This document shows, piece after piece, positions 30,656 through 39,746 of a stretch of 64,000 nucleotides of DNA. The translations under genes and the position numbers were made by a program. Below the pieces are notes generated by a model. It ran no database searches. It was not told the origin of the DNA and saw nothing but the letters and a program-made list of their open reading frames with translations. This stretch comes from Gammaproteobacteria bacterium (GTDB lineage Bacteria; Pseudomonadota; Gammaproteobacteria; UBA1113). How positions within the stretch are numbered: position 1 is the first letter of the stretch; every line of letters begins with the position of its first letter. The stretch is taken from contig JAJFKI010000025.1 of NCBI GenBank assembly GCA_021773295.1, positions 1,965 through 65,964 on the forward strand, read 5' to 3'.

Positions 30656-32266
30656 ATGGCAAACGACACTCCAGGGAATAATAATCACCAAGCTAGGAAT
30701 CATGTGCTAGCCAGCCAGGCCGATTTAGATCCTAAAGATAGGCCCATTGTTGATTTGGTGGAATGGTGTCAGCAGCGGGGCAATATCGTGGCGCTGCAAA
30801 GCGGTTTGATTTTGACGACAGAGCCAACAGCGCGCGATGTACAAAATTGTAAAGCGTTGTTAGTGAACAAAGGTTATAAACCTGGCAAAGTGATGGAAGC
30901 CACGCCGCAATTGATTACCCTGATGCTCGCCAATGTTGCGGATGATGATGAAGCGCAACAACAAGTCGATGTTCAAGAAGATGAAATCTCCAGCCAACAA
31001 AAACGCTTGCGGATTTTAGTGCAAGAAGCTGTCGATGCTGATGTGTCGGATATTCATATCGAAGTGCGCCCGGAGGTTGCAAAAATTCGTTTTCGTAAAT
31101 TTGGTGAAATGTATTTGCACGCCGAGTGGTTCCCCCGCTTGGGTCGCGAGTTAGCCTCTGTAGCCTTTAATAAAGAAACCGATCATGCCACCGCACACTT
31201 TAACCCCTTAATTCCACAAGATGCATCCATGCCTTTGCAAGTTTATGGTTCAGACGTGCGTTTACGTTTGGCCAGTATGCCAGCTCATGGTGGTTTTGAT
31301 GTGGTGATGCGTATTTTAGGCGTGGGTGATGATACTAAAGTCGTGACCCTAGAAGATTTAGGCTATACGCCAGAGCAAGTGTATATTATCAAGCGTGCGG
31401 TACATATGCCTCATGGGGCTGTCTTATTATCAGGGCCAACAGGATCGGGTAAAACAACGACATTAGCCAGTTGTATGCAAATGGTAAAAAGCACGCGTAA
31501 AGTGTACACCATTGAAGATCCGGTGGAAAAAGTCGTGCCAACAGTGACGCAAGTGCCGGTGAATTCCGATAAAGACGACAGAAGTTTTGCGAATTTTGGC
31601 CGCGCTGCTTTGCGGATGGATCCAGACTACATCGTCCTGGGTGAAATGCGTGATGAAGACACCGCGAATGTGATGATTCGCGCGGCGATCACCGGTCACT
31701 TAGTGTTTTCAACGGTGCACACCAACTCTGCGCCGGGGATTATCACCCGTTTAATCGATATGGGTTTATCGCCCACTATGTTAAGTGATGCCAATGTCTT
31801 AGTGGCATTGATTTTCCAACGCTTAGTGGCAACCTTGTGTCCCCATTGCAATGTGCCTCTTAAAGATGCGCCTGCGCACAAAGAACATATGGAACGCTGG
31901 CACGCTGTCTTTGGCGATAACGTAGAATATATACGCGCCCGTGGCGGTTGTAAAAAGTGCAATAACATCGGTATTGGCGGCCGCTCTGTGGTAGCTGAAG
32001 TGATTTGGGTGGATGACACTGGCCGTGAATTCATTCAAAAAGTCGATACCCTAGGATGGCAAAAGTACCTACGTAACCAAGGCTGGCAATCTTATCGCGA
32101 CCGAACCTTAGAAACCGTTATCGAAGGCAAAGTCGATCCCTTCGACGCCGAAACCTTAGTGGGCGAAATCAGTATTCACTCTGCAGAGGCCGGCTTCGAC
32201 TACACCCGCATCCGCGAAGACATGGAAAATGAAATGGCCCGCGAAGCGAAGAAGCCCCCCCAATAA
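30656..32266 (+). CDS. type IV pilus / type II secretion family assembly ATPase (GspE/PilB/BfpD class)
   Basis: Walker A LSGPTGSGKTTT, Asp and His boxes, and a tetracysteine motif CPHC...CKKC are present. 536 aa with an N-terminal extension. Confidence 0.85.
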   Translation: MANDTPGNNNHQARNHVLASQADLDPKDRPIVDLVEWCQQRGNIVALQSGLILTTEPTARDVQNCKALLVNKGYKPGKVMEATPQLITLMLANVADDDEAQQQVDVQEDEISSQQKRLRILVQEAVDADVSDIHIEVRPEVAKIRFRKFGEMYLHAEWFPRLGRELASVAFNKETDHATAHFNPLIPQDASMPLQVYGSDVRLRLASMPAHGGFDVVMRILGVGDDTKVVTLEDLGYTPEQVYIIKRAVHMPHGAVLLSGPTGSGKTTTLASCMQMVKSTRKVYTIEDPVEKVVPTVTQVPVNSDKDDRSFANFGRAALRMDPDYIVLGEMRDEDTANVMIRAAITGHLVFSTVHTNSAPGIITRLIDMGLSPTMLSDANVLVALIFQRLVATLCPHCNVPLKDAPAHKEHMERWHAVFGDNVEYIRARGGCKKCNNIGIGGRSVVAEVIWVDDTGREFIQKVDTLGWQKYLRNQGWQSYRDRTLETVIEGKVDPFDAETLVGEISIHSAEAGFDYTRIREDMENEMAREAKKPPQ

Positions 32267-32320
32267 TAAACCCTTAAGTTATTTGAACTAAATTTAATAT
32301 GATGTTGTTAATTTAAATGA

Positions 32321-32400
32321 CTATCCTAGAAACTGCAGTTAAACGCGAATCAAGGTGTTGCGCCAAAATTTGCGCTTTAACTGCCGTTTCTAGGATTATT
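32321..32400. repeat. long imperfect inverted repeat / hairpin of the TTAACTGCCGTTTCTAGGATTAT family
   Basis: The arms ATCCTAGAAACTGCAGTTAAACGCG and CGCTTTAACTGCCGTTTCTAGGAT flank a ~25-nt loop. It lies between the ATPase and platform genes. Confidence 0.6.
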
Positions 32401-32499
32401 GGTTGAAGAGATTACATTCACTTAATCTTCTGTTATAGTTTTTGAGAGCATGATCCCATGGAACGGGGGAGGGCATCATGAGTATATCGAGGAAACAGT

Positions 32500-33564
32500 A
32501 TGGCCATCGGTGGCGTTACACGGAAAAAAACCAATTACTTGCAAGGCTTGACGCATTTGCTCGATAGAATGCAATTCGACGGCGCTGAGCAACAAGCCTT
32601 TTTGGAAGATTTAGCCACACTGGTGGAAGATGGTGTGCCTGCTAATAAAGCAGTTGATGTTATTCTTAAGGTTGAAATAGGCGTCAAACTCAAAGTCGCC
32701 AAATCCATGATGAACAAAATCGCACAAGGTCGTCCCATTGCCGATGGCATGGTGGGGTGGTTTCCGGCTTACGTGGTGGAACTCATCCGCGCGGGGGAAA
32801 CCAGTGGTACCTTGACGCAAAATATCCGTGGTGCCGCGGAATCTTTAGGTCAAAAGTCTGATACGATTGCCTCCTTATTATCTTCATTAACTTATCCTTT
32901 AGTCGTTATTATTTCTGGTTGCGGCGTTGCCGTTTATATGAATCATTCTATTTTTAAACAATTTATGGCCATTAAACCCTTGGAACAGTGGCCTGAGAAT
33001 GGGCAGCAACTGGTGCACTTCGCTAACTTTCTTCAAGACTGGTGGGTCGTACTGGTGGTGAGTATCATCGCCATTGGTGTGATGATCGGCAGAATCATGT
33101 CGAATTATATTGGCACTCTGCGACCTGCCTTGGATGCGATTTTTGGGTTTACCATTTATCGCGAACTAAAAGCCGCACGCTTTATGGAAACCATGGGGCT
33201 ATTGATTTCAAACGGGGTAGTGTTTAAGCAAGCCCTGAAAATTCTACATTATCAAGCGAATCCCTACTTAGCCTTTCATTTGATGTTAATGGAGCGTAAA
33301 TTGGCGCGCGGCCGTAGTAATATTGCTGATGTCTTTGCCACGGGTATGGTGGATCCTAATGATGTGGTACGATTGAGAGCGATTGCCGATGCCAAAGGTT
33401 TTGAGCATGCCTTGATTCGTCTAGGTAAACAATCGGCCGAACGCAGTGTGAAAACCATTAAAAAGTTTGGGCGATTAATGGGTGGTGTTTTACTGGCGGT
33501 AGCCGCAGGCTTGGCTGGTTTTATGATCATGGGTATTTATTCTGTTGGTTCTTCTTTGTCATAA
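32500..33564 (+). CDS. polytopic inner-membrane platform protein (GspF/PilC family, of the short BfpE/PilR-like size)
   Basis: 354 aa with three hydrophobic transmembrane regions and two cytoplasmic domains, immediately downstream of the ATPase. Confidence 0.75.
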   Translation: MAIGGVTRKKTNYLQGLTHLLDRMQFDGAEQQAFLEDLATLVEDGVPANKAVDVILKVEIGVKLKVAKSMMNKIAQGRPIADGMVGWFPAYVVELIRAGETSGTLTQNIRGAAESLGQKSDTIASLLSSLTYPLVVIISGCGVAVYMNHSIFKQFMAIKPLEQWPENGQQLVHFANFLQDWWVVLVVSIIAIGVMIGRIMSNYIGTLRPALDAIFGFTIYRELKAARFMETMGLLISNGVVFKQALKILHYQANPYLAFHLMLMERKLARGRSNIADVFATGMVDPNDVVRLRAIADAKGFEHALIRLGKQSAERSVKTIKKFGRLMGGVLLAVAAGLAGFMIMGIYSVGSSLS

Positions 33565-33578
33565 CGAGGTGAAATGAA

Positions 33579-34106
33579 ATGCGAATCTTTAAATTGAAAC
33601 AACAACGTGGTATCGGTTTGTTGGAGTTAATGTTGTCACTGGGGATTATCGCGGTGATGTTGATCATGGCGACGAAGTATTATAATTCGACGAAGGTACA
33701 GTCAAATGTTAATACGGCAGTGCAAAATATTCAGGCGGCATATGCAGCCTGTGAGGCTTCACTGAATGATGCACCTGATGGAACGCTTTGTAAAAATACG
33801 GATACACTGTCGAAAAATGGATATTTACCCGTTGGTTTTGCTGGGGATGCTACCTCAGAAAATCCTTGGGGAGGAACCTTTACGATTGATTATAGTGGTA
33901 GCCCTAGGACCGTTAATATCTCGGTGAAAGATGTTCCAGATGTAGATTGTAATATTTTAGTAAATCGTTTACAGCAGACATTAGTGACTAGCACTTCAAA
34001 AATCACCTCTCCCGAAATGCTTAGTTGCACTGGTGATCCAGCTGTTTGTGAACCTGTTAGCACGCCATGCAAGTCAGGAACGCAGGCTGTGTCAATTAGT
34101 TATTAA
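33579..34106 (+). CDS. prepilin-type protein 1 (type IVb-like pilin)
   Basis: The leader MRIFKLKQQRG is followed by IGLLELMLSLGIIAV, with Glu at +5. The sequence shares an NPWGG motif with its paralogs and has C-terminal Cys pairs. Confidence 0.8.
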   Translation: MRIFKLKQQRGIGLLELMLSLGIIAVMLIMATKYYNSTKVQSNVNTAVQNIQAAYAACEASLNDAPDGTLCKNTDTLSKNGYLPVGFAGDATSENPWGGTFTIDYSGSPRTVNISVKDVPDVDCNILVNRLQQTLVTSTSKITSPEMLSCTGDPAVCEPVSTPCKSGTQAVSISY

Positions 34107-34643
34107 ATGAGAGTGACTTTAAAGACAAAAGATTTAGCGTGTTATCGATGCCAAGGACTAACGATGATTGAACTATTGTTAGTTCTTGGCATTGTGGCAG
34201 TAATCATCGTGATGGCAACCCGTTACTATGGTCAAGCCAAGATGGGGCAGCATGTCAATGCTGCCCTGCAAAACGTGCAAGCCATGTACGCTGCCTGTAC
34301 CAAATATCGCGCCGATGTCACCAATGCGACCTGCAGCATGGCCGTATTAACGCAACAGAATTACTTACCCGCGAATTTTGATGGAGGAAAATCAAACGTC
34401 TCAGCAGCGAATCCTTGGGGCGGAAATGCGAGTGTGGGAAAGGGTCCTGATGGCACAGTGGCAGTGACACTAACCGGTGTTCCCAATGATGATTGTTCCC
34501 GTTTAGTGAAAGATGTTGCCGCTACCATGACCACGGGGCAGTCCATCAGTAGTCCTGATTGGTCTTATGGTGAGTTTGTCAGCGGCTTATCCTGTGGCCA
34601 AGATGATGATAGTGGTTCTAGCAGCCCCACCTTTAATTTTTGA
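34107..34643 (+). CDS. prepilin-type protein 2
   Basis: A 17-aa leader ending CQG is followed by LTMIELLLVLGIVAV. NPWGG and DDC...C motifs are present. Confidence 0.8.
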   Translation: MRVTLKTKDLACYRCQGLTMIELLLVLGIVAVIIVMATRYYGQAKMGQHVNAALQNVQAMYAACTKYRADVTNATCSMAVLTQQNYLPANFDGGKSNVSAANPWGGNASVGKGPDGTVAVTLTGVPNDDCSRLVKDVAATMTTGQSISSPDWSYGEFVSGLSCGQDDDSGSSSPTFNF

Positions 34644-34651
34644 GGCGTTGT

Positions 34652-35242
34652 ATGAAAAAATTAAAAGCCATTGGCCTCATCGAGTTACTGCTCGTCTTAG
34701 TCATCATGGCAAGCTTAGTTATCCTCAGTGTTCGTTACTACGTTTCCACCAAGGCCCAAGCCCAAATCAATCAAGCCGTTTCTAATATCAAAACTCTGTA
34801 TGCCGCTTGCACCGCTTATTACGATGCTACGAAATTTGTCGTCCAAGGACAGCCGCAAAGTCAATGCGATTTACAAACCTTAGTGGATAAAAATTATTTA
34901 CCCCCTGAATTTGCCCCAGTGAAACAAACGGCTGCATCGGGTGATGGCGATGATGGTGGCGACTCCTCCACGCCCACCTTCACTAACCCAGCCAATCCAT
35001 GGGGCGGTAATGTCACCTTGGGTATCGGTTTACCGGAAAAATCATGCGGCGGATCATCTGGCATGCCGGTTGTGAGCATTGGTTTTACGGATGTCCCTAT
35101 CGACATTTGCACAGCCCTAGTCAAACGCATGGCCACGTCGATGAGTCATGGCCAATGCATCCGCGGCGCGGTGACTTGGGATGCAGGGGATGTAAGCTCA
35201 GATTTAACATGCAGTACGGGCAATCCTGACTTTAGCCTTTAG
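34652..35242 (+). CDS. prepilin-type protein 3; start ATG 34652 preferred over the track's 34640
   Basis: MKKLKA followed by IGLIELLLVLVIM; the mature N-terminus aligns with pilin 1. NPWGG and DIC...C motifs are present. Confidence 0.75.
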   Translation: MKKLKAIGLIELLLVLVIMASLVILSVRYYVSTKAQAQINQAVSNIKTLYAACTAYYDATKFVVQGQPQSQCDLQTLVDKNYLPPEFAPVKQTAASGDGDDGGDSSTPTFTNPANPWGGNVTLGIGLPEKSCGGSSGMPVVSIGFTDVPIDICTALVKRMATSMSHGQCIRGAVTWDAGDVSSDLTCSTGNPDFSL

Positions 35243-35250
35243 GAGGTATC

Positions 35251-35793
35251 ATGTTGCAACGCTCACATTATTCGCGCAAAGCGTTTACCTTAATTGAATT
35301 AATGTTAGTCATTGCAGTGATTGTCGTCATCATCATTACGGCAACGCGCCTTTATCAACAAGACAAAGAAAATGTTAAAGCCAACAATGCCGTGCAACAA
35401 GTCCTCACCATTAAAAACGCGGCCGATCACTACATCGCCAATCTATCTACCGCTGATCTGTGTAAGTTGCAGAGTAAAGAACTTTTGGATCATTTAATCA
35501 ATGTTGGCTTACTCACAGATACCTATCGCACTAGCCCTTGGGGAACACACGTGTCCGTCAAGACCGTGGGTGCGGCGCAAGAATACAACGTCTACATGTA
35601 CAGTTTACCCGCAAACGGTTGCGAAAAAGCCCGCGAGCAATTAGAAACCTTTCGCAAAATGGGCAGCGAGAGAGTGGCTGGGACAACAGAAAGTGAAATT
35701 GATAAAGTCACCTGTGATGCGGTAAAAGATCCCATCCGTTTAAGGGCGTTTATTCTTGTTAACACCGGTGCCAATACTGGCATGGGGTGTTGA
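35251..35793 (+). CDS. prepilin-type protein 4
   Basis: The leader MLQRSHYSRKA is followed by FTLIELMLVIAV, the classic FTLIE. SPWG and C...C motifs are present. Confidence 0.8.
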   Translation: MLQRSHYSRKAFTLIELMLVIAVIVVIIITATRLYQQDKENVKANNAVQQVLTIKNAADHYIANLSTADLCKLQSKELLDHLINVGLLTDTYRTSPWGTHVSVKTVGAAQEYNVYMYSLPANGCEKAREQLETFRKMGSERVAGTTESEIDKVTCDAVKDPIRLRAFILVNTGANTGMGC

Positions 35794-35804
35794 TTTGTTT
35801 ATCA

Positions 35805-35850
35805 TTATCCTAAAAACGGCCGTGTCTTAACTGCCGTTTCTAGGATTATC
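35805..35850. repeat. hairpin of the TTAACTGCCGTTTCTAGGATTAT family, a likely terminator after the pilin genes
   Basis: ATCCTAAAAACGGCCG-tgtcttaa-CTGCCGTTTCTAGGAT. Confidence 0.6.
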
Positions 35851-35910
35851 CTTGGCTATCTGGCCTTGGGCCAATAAGACAAGAGGATGTGCCGCTGGTT
35901 AGAGTCTCGT

Positions 35911-35991
35911 GTTTGGAGAAGGGGGTACCCCCAAATCAAGCGCAGGAGGCCGGAGGCCGACGGGCCATTGGGGGTACCCCCTTCTCCAAAC
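35911..35991. repeat. 22-bp perfect inverted repeat, GC-rich, with a GGAGGCC x2 spacer
   Basis: GTTTGGAGAAGGGGGTACCCCC...37 nt...GGGGGTACCCCCTTCTCCAAAC. Each arm contains the self-complementary GGGGGTACCCCC. Confidence 0.8.
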
Positions 35992-36226
35992 ATGGGACGG
36001 CAAAAATGTGTCAACAACTAAACTCACACAGGAAAAAGGAGCCGCTTGTTCCGGGTTTTAAAGTAGAACAGTTACACATTAATCGCTTGATACCTATTGA
36101 TATTTTTGCTCAGTCAGTGATAATAGAACAATTGCAATGCACGCGCGTGCGCGCGTTATTTGTGCTCATTAATCAAGGGGCCAAGGAAAGGCGCATTATA
36201 AAAAGGTTTTTGGAGTAAGTTTTCGT

Positions 36227-36823
36227 ATGAGAGCATTAATTAGACTGATGATACTGGTCATTCTAACGACCATGAGCACAATGGCCACGGCTGGCATCTA
36301 CATGGGCACCAGCTCTCAAGTGCCACACCATTACACACCGCAGCCAACCACTAGCACCATGCTACCACCTGCCTCTGCGACGTATGTCCCACCCAAAGGT
36401 TCGGGCAGAGTGGTCCATCCACCCATGACCGTAACAGCGAAACCACCTCGGCCGAGTATGCTTCCTAAACAAAAAATGTTGCCAAAACCGACCATCACTG
36501 CCACTTGTGGTAAAGGCGATTGCACACCACCCTTGCCAAAAGCGCCAGTACGTGTGGTCCATGCGCCCGTTCATCACGATTTACGTGTCAATTTATACAC
36601 CGGTTCACTGAAAAACAACGTAGAATCCATCGTCCGACGCAGCCATTGGGGGCGCGTGATTTGGACCTTGCCTTATGATTTTAAATGGGTGGGCAATATC
36701 AACATGACTGGCCCCGATGCCATGAGTATTTTAGCGCAATTATTAAAACCTTATCCCGTGCAAGCGGTTTTTTACGATAAAAACCACGTCGTTGCCATTG
36801 TAGCCAGGAGACCGAATCAATGA
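36227..36823 (+). CDS. secreted Pro-rich protein, putative secretin-associated factor (TcpQ/PilL/BfpG-like by position and architecture)
   Basis: A signal peptide is followed by a Pro-rich linker and a ~90-aa C-terminal domain. The stop overlaps the secretin start codon, indicating translational coupling. Confidence 0.45.
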   Translation: MRALIRLMILVILTTMSTMATAGIYMGTSSQVPHHYTPQPTTSTMLPPASATYVPPKGSGRVVHPPMTVTAKPPRPSMLPKQKMLPKPTITATCGKGDCTPPLPKAPVRVVHAPVHHDLRVNLYTGSLKNNVESIVRRSHWGRVIWTLPYDFKWVGNINMTGPDAMSILAQLLKPYPVQAVFYDKNHVVAIVARRPNQ

Positions 36824-38505
36824 TCATCAAAAAATGGATTACACTTGCCGTTGTCGCGGGAAGTGTCGTATTAGCAGGCTGCTATCCGGGTTATAAAGAA
36901 ACCGTAGAACAAGTGGAACACACCAAAGAAACCATCCATCAAAAAGAACAAACCTATAACCCACCACCACCACCGGTGATGGAAAAAACCGGTGCTTATG
37001 TGGATACAAGACCGGTGAGCTTGGATAGACCGCCGTATTGGTTAAAGCGCCGCGTCTCTATTCATGGTGCTAATTTACCCGTGACGTTTTACATTGAACA
37101 AGTGTTAGATGGTATCAATACCAATATCCAATTCGACAATGATCTCGATCGCGGTAAATTAATTTCTGTTAATTACCGTGGAACCATTAAGGGTGCCTTG
37201 AATCGTATTGCCACAAAATCTGATTACGCCTATCACATTAACAATAAAACCGGTGATATTACTTGGACGGGATTTGTGACCAAAACCTTTGATGTGTCTT
37301 TCTTGCCGGGGCACGCAAAGTATGAAGTTGGCGGTAAGCAAGGTGGCGGTGATTCACTGGCGTCCGGTGGCGCTGGCGGCGGTGGCAGCAGCGGCGGTGG
37401 TGATGGTGGCGTTACCATTAATTATACCGGGGTTGATTTATCCAAGAGTGATCAATACAGCAGTTTGACGGGTGATCTTTCTATTTGGAAAGACATCGAA
37501 ACTACCGTGAAAAATTTATTGTCCAAAGAAGGTAAAGTGACCGTGTCACAAGCCACGACAACGATTACGGTGCATGATCACCCAGAAAATGTAGAAGCTA
37601 TTGAACGTTTCGTTGAAAAAATGAATAAAGAATTATCGAAACAAGTGCGCATTTTAGTACAAGTGCTGAATGTGAAGCTCAGTCATAACTTTGACTATGG
37701 TATCAATTGGAATTTAGTGCGTAATTTTGGTAGTTTGAACTCACTCGCGTTGACGGGCTCATTGGCGAGTAATGCTGCCGCGACTAACTCATTATCACCT
37801 TTGGCATTAACCTTTACGGGGCACAAGGGTAAATGGGGTGGTACCGATCAAATTATCCAAGCCTTATCAAACCAAGGTAAGGTAAGTTTGGTGACACAAC
37901 CAACGGTGACCACGCTTAATAACCAAGTGGCAGAAATCACCATCCAAAATCAAAAAAGTTATATTCAAAGCGTCAGTAACAGCGTTAATGAAAACTTTTC
38001 ATCCAGTGGGGTGAACCCAGGGGTTGTAACCACGGGCTTTAACCTGTATTTATTGCCGAAGATACAGCGTGATCGTATCTTTTTACAAGTGAGTACGACG
38101 ATTTCCAACTTGCAATCCATCCGCGAAATTAATGCGGTAACGGGTGAAGTATCGAGTAATGAGGAGAGCTCGAATCAATCAGATCTGAGTAACAGTGCGA
38201 ATGATGACAGTGACTCGGGCAGTCAGTCCAATTCGAGCAATACAGGTAGTGCGGCTGGTTCATCCTCAAATAGCGCGCAAATCATCCAAATCCCAGAAAT
38301 TGATGAGCGCCGTTTCAATCAACGTAGTGTGATTCCAAATGGAGCCACTCTGATCATTGCCGGCTTTAAAACTCGCAATCATACGGCGAATGAATCTAAA
38401 TTCCTTTATACCAGTCTTTTAGGCGGTAAAGGTGGTGAAGCAGTAACGGAAGAATTAGTGTTACTCATTACGCCAGTGATCCTCAATGATGGAGACACTT
38501 ACTAA
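36820..38505 (+). CDS. lipoprotein secretin (type IVb pilus BfpB/TcpC/R64-PilN-like)
   Basis: Lipobox LAGC; secretin-domain motifs PTVTTLNNQVAEITIQ and the C-terminal ELVLLITPVIL. 561 aa. Confidence 0.8.
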   Translation: MIIKKWITLAVVAGSVVLAGCYPGYKETVEQVEHTKETIHQKEQTYNPPPPPVMEKTGAYVDTRPVSLDRPPYWLKRRVSIHGANLPVTFYIEQVLDGINTNIQFDNDLDRGKLISVNYRGTIKGALNRIATKSDYAYHINNKTGDITWTGFVTKTFDVSFLPGHAKYEVGGKQGGGDSLASGGAGGGGSSGGGDGGVTINYTGVDLSKSDQYSSLTGDLSIWKDIETTVKNLLSKEGKVTVSQATTTITVHDHPENVEAIERFVEKMNKELSKQVRILVQVLNVKLSHNFDYGINWNLVRNFGSLNSLALTGSLASNAAATNSLSPLALTFTGHKGKWGGTDQIIQALSNQGKVSLVTQPTVTTLNNQVAEITIQNQKSYIQSVSNSVNENFSSSGVNPGVVTTGFNLYLLPKIQRDRIFLQVSTTISNLQSIREINAVTGEVSSNEESSNQSDLSNSANDDSDSGSQSNSSNTGSAAGSSSNSAQIIQIPEIDERRFNQRSVIPNGATLIIAGFKTRNHTANESKFLYTSLLGGKGGEAVTEELVLLITPVILNDGDTY

Positions 38506-39741
38506 ATGCCAGCAATCGTCCGTAATGATGGAGAACAATTTGCGGTTTATACATACCGCGAATTGCTCGCCTTAAAAAAGTCATCATTACTGAAACGAGA
38601 AATCCAATTACTCAAAGAAGAACACGGTCAATATGCGCGCTTTTATTGGCAAGAAGAAGGTGATGTCGAAGCCGTTTTTTCCCGCGATCCCGGTTTTTTA
38701 TTAGCAGAGTGTGCCTGGGAGCACTTTGGTAGTCCTGATGATTTAATTTATTGTGAAGTGATGCCCGGCGAGCAAGTAGCGATTTTGATCGTGATTCGCG
38801 CTGGGGCAGTCTATTTAGATGCCGAAGTGTCGGTTGATAATCTCTATGATGAATTCGTCCCCTTAGCTACGGGCGAAAATCAATATGATATTTATATCTA
38901 TGGTGATGCGCCCTTAGCGGAAGTAGCTGCAGAAGGCGTGTTCGCTTTTGATGATGCTCATGTGAAATCTTTTACCCATTTAGAAGACTCTGCCTTTTCA
39001 AAATTACCCTTGAATGAAGATTTTCGCCTGTTACTTGTTGATAAAGCCATTGCCGATTTAAAACTGAAAGAAGTGAGCTTAGTGCCTTTATTGGTGATCA
39101 TACTCGGCATAGGGGGGATTGGGTATTTTGCCTATCAAATGATGAAACCACCACCGCCACCGCCACCGAAACCCATTATCGTCAATCCATACGCCCAATA
39201 CGAACAACAGTTAGCCTCACCGTCACCAGAAAATATTTTAAACGCAGTGGCGAAACAGGTACAAGTGGTGAGTATTATTCCTGGCTGGCAGGCGACTAAT
39301 ATGAAATATGCCAATAATACCTTGGATGTGACTTTAACCACGCCCATTCAAGCATCAGGGGATTTTTTAGTGCATTGGGCGAAGAAGAATAATTTAGACT
39401 TAGGTATTCAATCTAATAGCGCGTCGGTAAAAATTTCTATTGATGTACCCTCAAGACCTAAACCAACGACGATTTATAACCTTAGGCAAATCTTAGCAGA
39501 AATCTTTGATGATACGCATTTATTTTTACCGGGCTCAACTGTCACCTTTTCATCACCGACGGCACAAGGTAAGTTTTCATCGAGTACAGTGACGGTGAAT
39601 TTTAACAATCTGGCTTCCCCTATTCTAAACTTATATGGTAGGGTATTAAAAGATAAACCGGTGGTATTAGAGAGCATGACATTCAACCTACAAGGGGGGC
39701 TGTTAAGCGGTCAAATGAAGTTAACGGTATTAGGGGCATAA
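38506..39741 (+). CDS. bitopic inner-membrane assembly protein (BfpC/R64-PilO/GspL-like architecture)
   Basis: A ~200-aa cytoplasmic domain, a single transmembrane helix (LVPLLVIILGIGGIGYFAY), a PPPPPPPKP stretch and a ~190-aa periplasmic domain. Confidence 0.5.
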   Translation: MPAIVRNDGEQFAVYTYRELLALKKSSLLKREIQLLKEEHGQYARFYWQEEGDVEAVFSRDPGFLLAECAWEHFGSPDDLIYCEVMPGEQVAILIVIRAGAVYLDAEVSVDNLYDEFVPLATGENQYDIYIYGDAPLAEVAAEGVFAFDDAHVKSFTHLEDSAFSKLPLNEDFRLLLVDKAIADLKLKEVSLVPLLVIILGIGGIGYFAYQMMKPPPPPPPKPIIVNPYAQYEQQLASPSPENILNAVAKQVQVVSIIPGWQATNMKYANNTLDVTLTTPIQASGDFLVHWAKKNNLDLGIQSNSASVKISIDVPSRPKPTTIYNLRQILAEIFDDTHLFLPGSTVTFSSPTAQGKFSSSTVTVNFNNLASPILNLYGRVLKDKPVVLESMTFNLQGGLLSGQMKLTVLGA

Positions 39742-39746
39742 GGCTT

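Noticed and set aside
35889-36218. 109-aa ORF in the ORF track
   Set aside because: It spans the 22-bp perfect inverted repeat and other GC palindromes. It has no ribosome-binding site and a low-complexity composition dictated by the palindromes. It is treated as a non-coding regulatory region.
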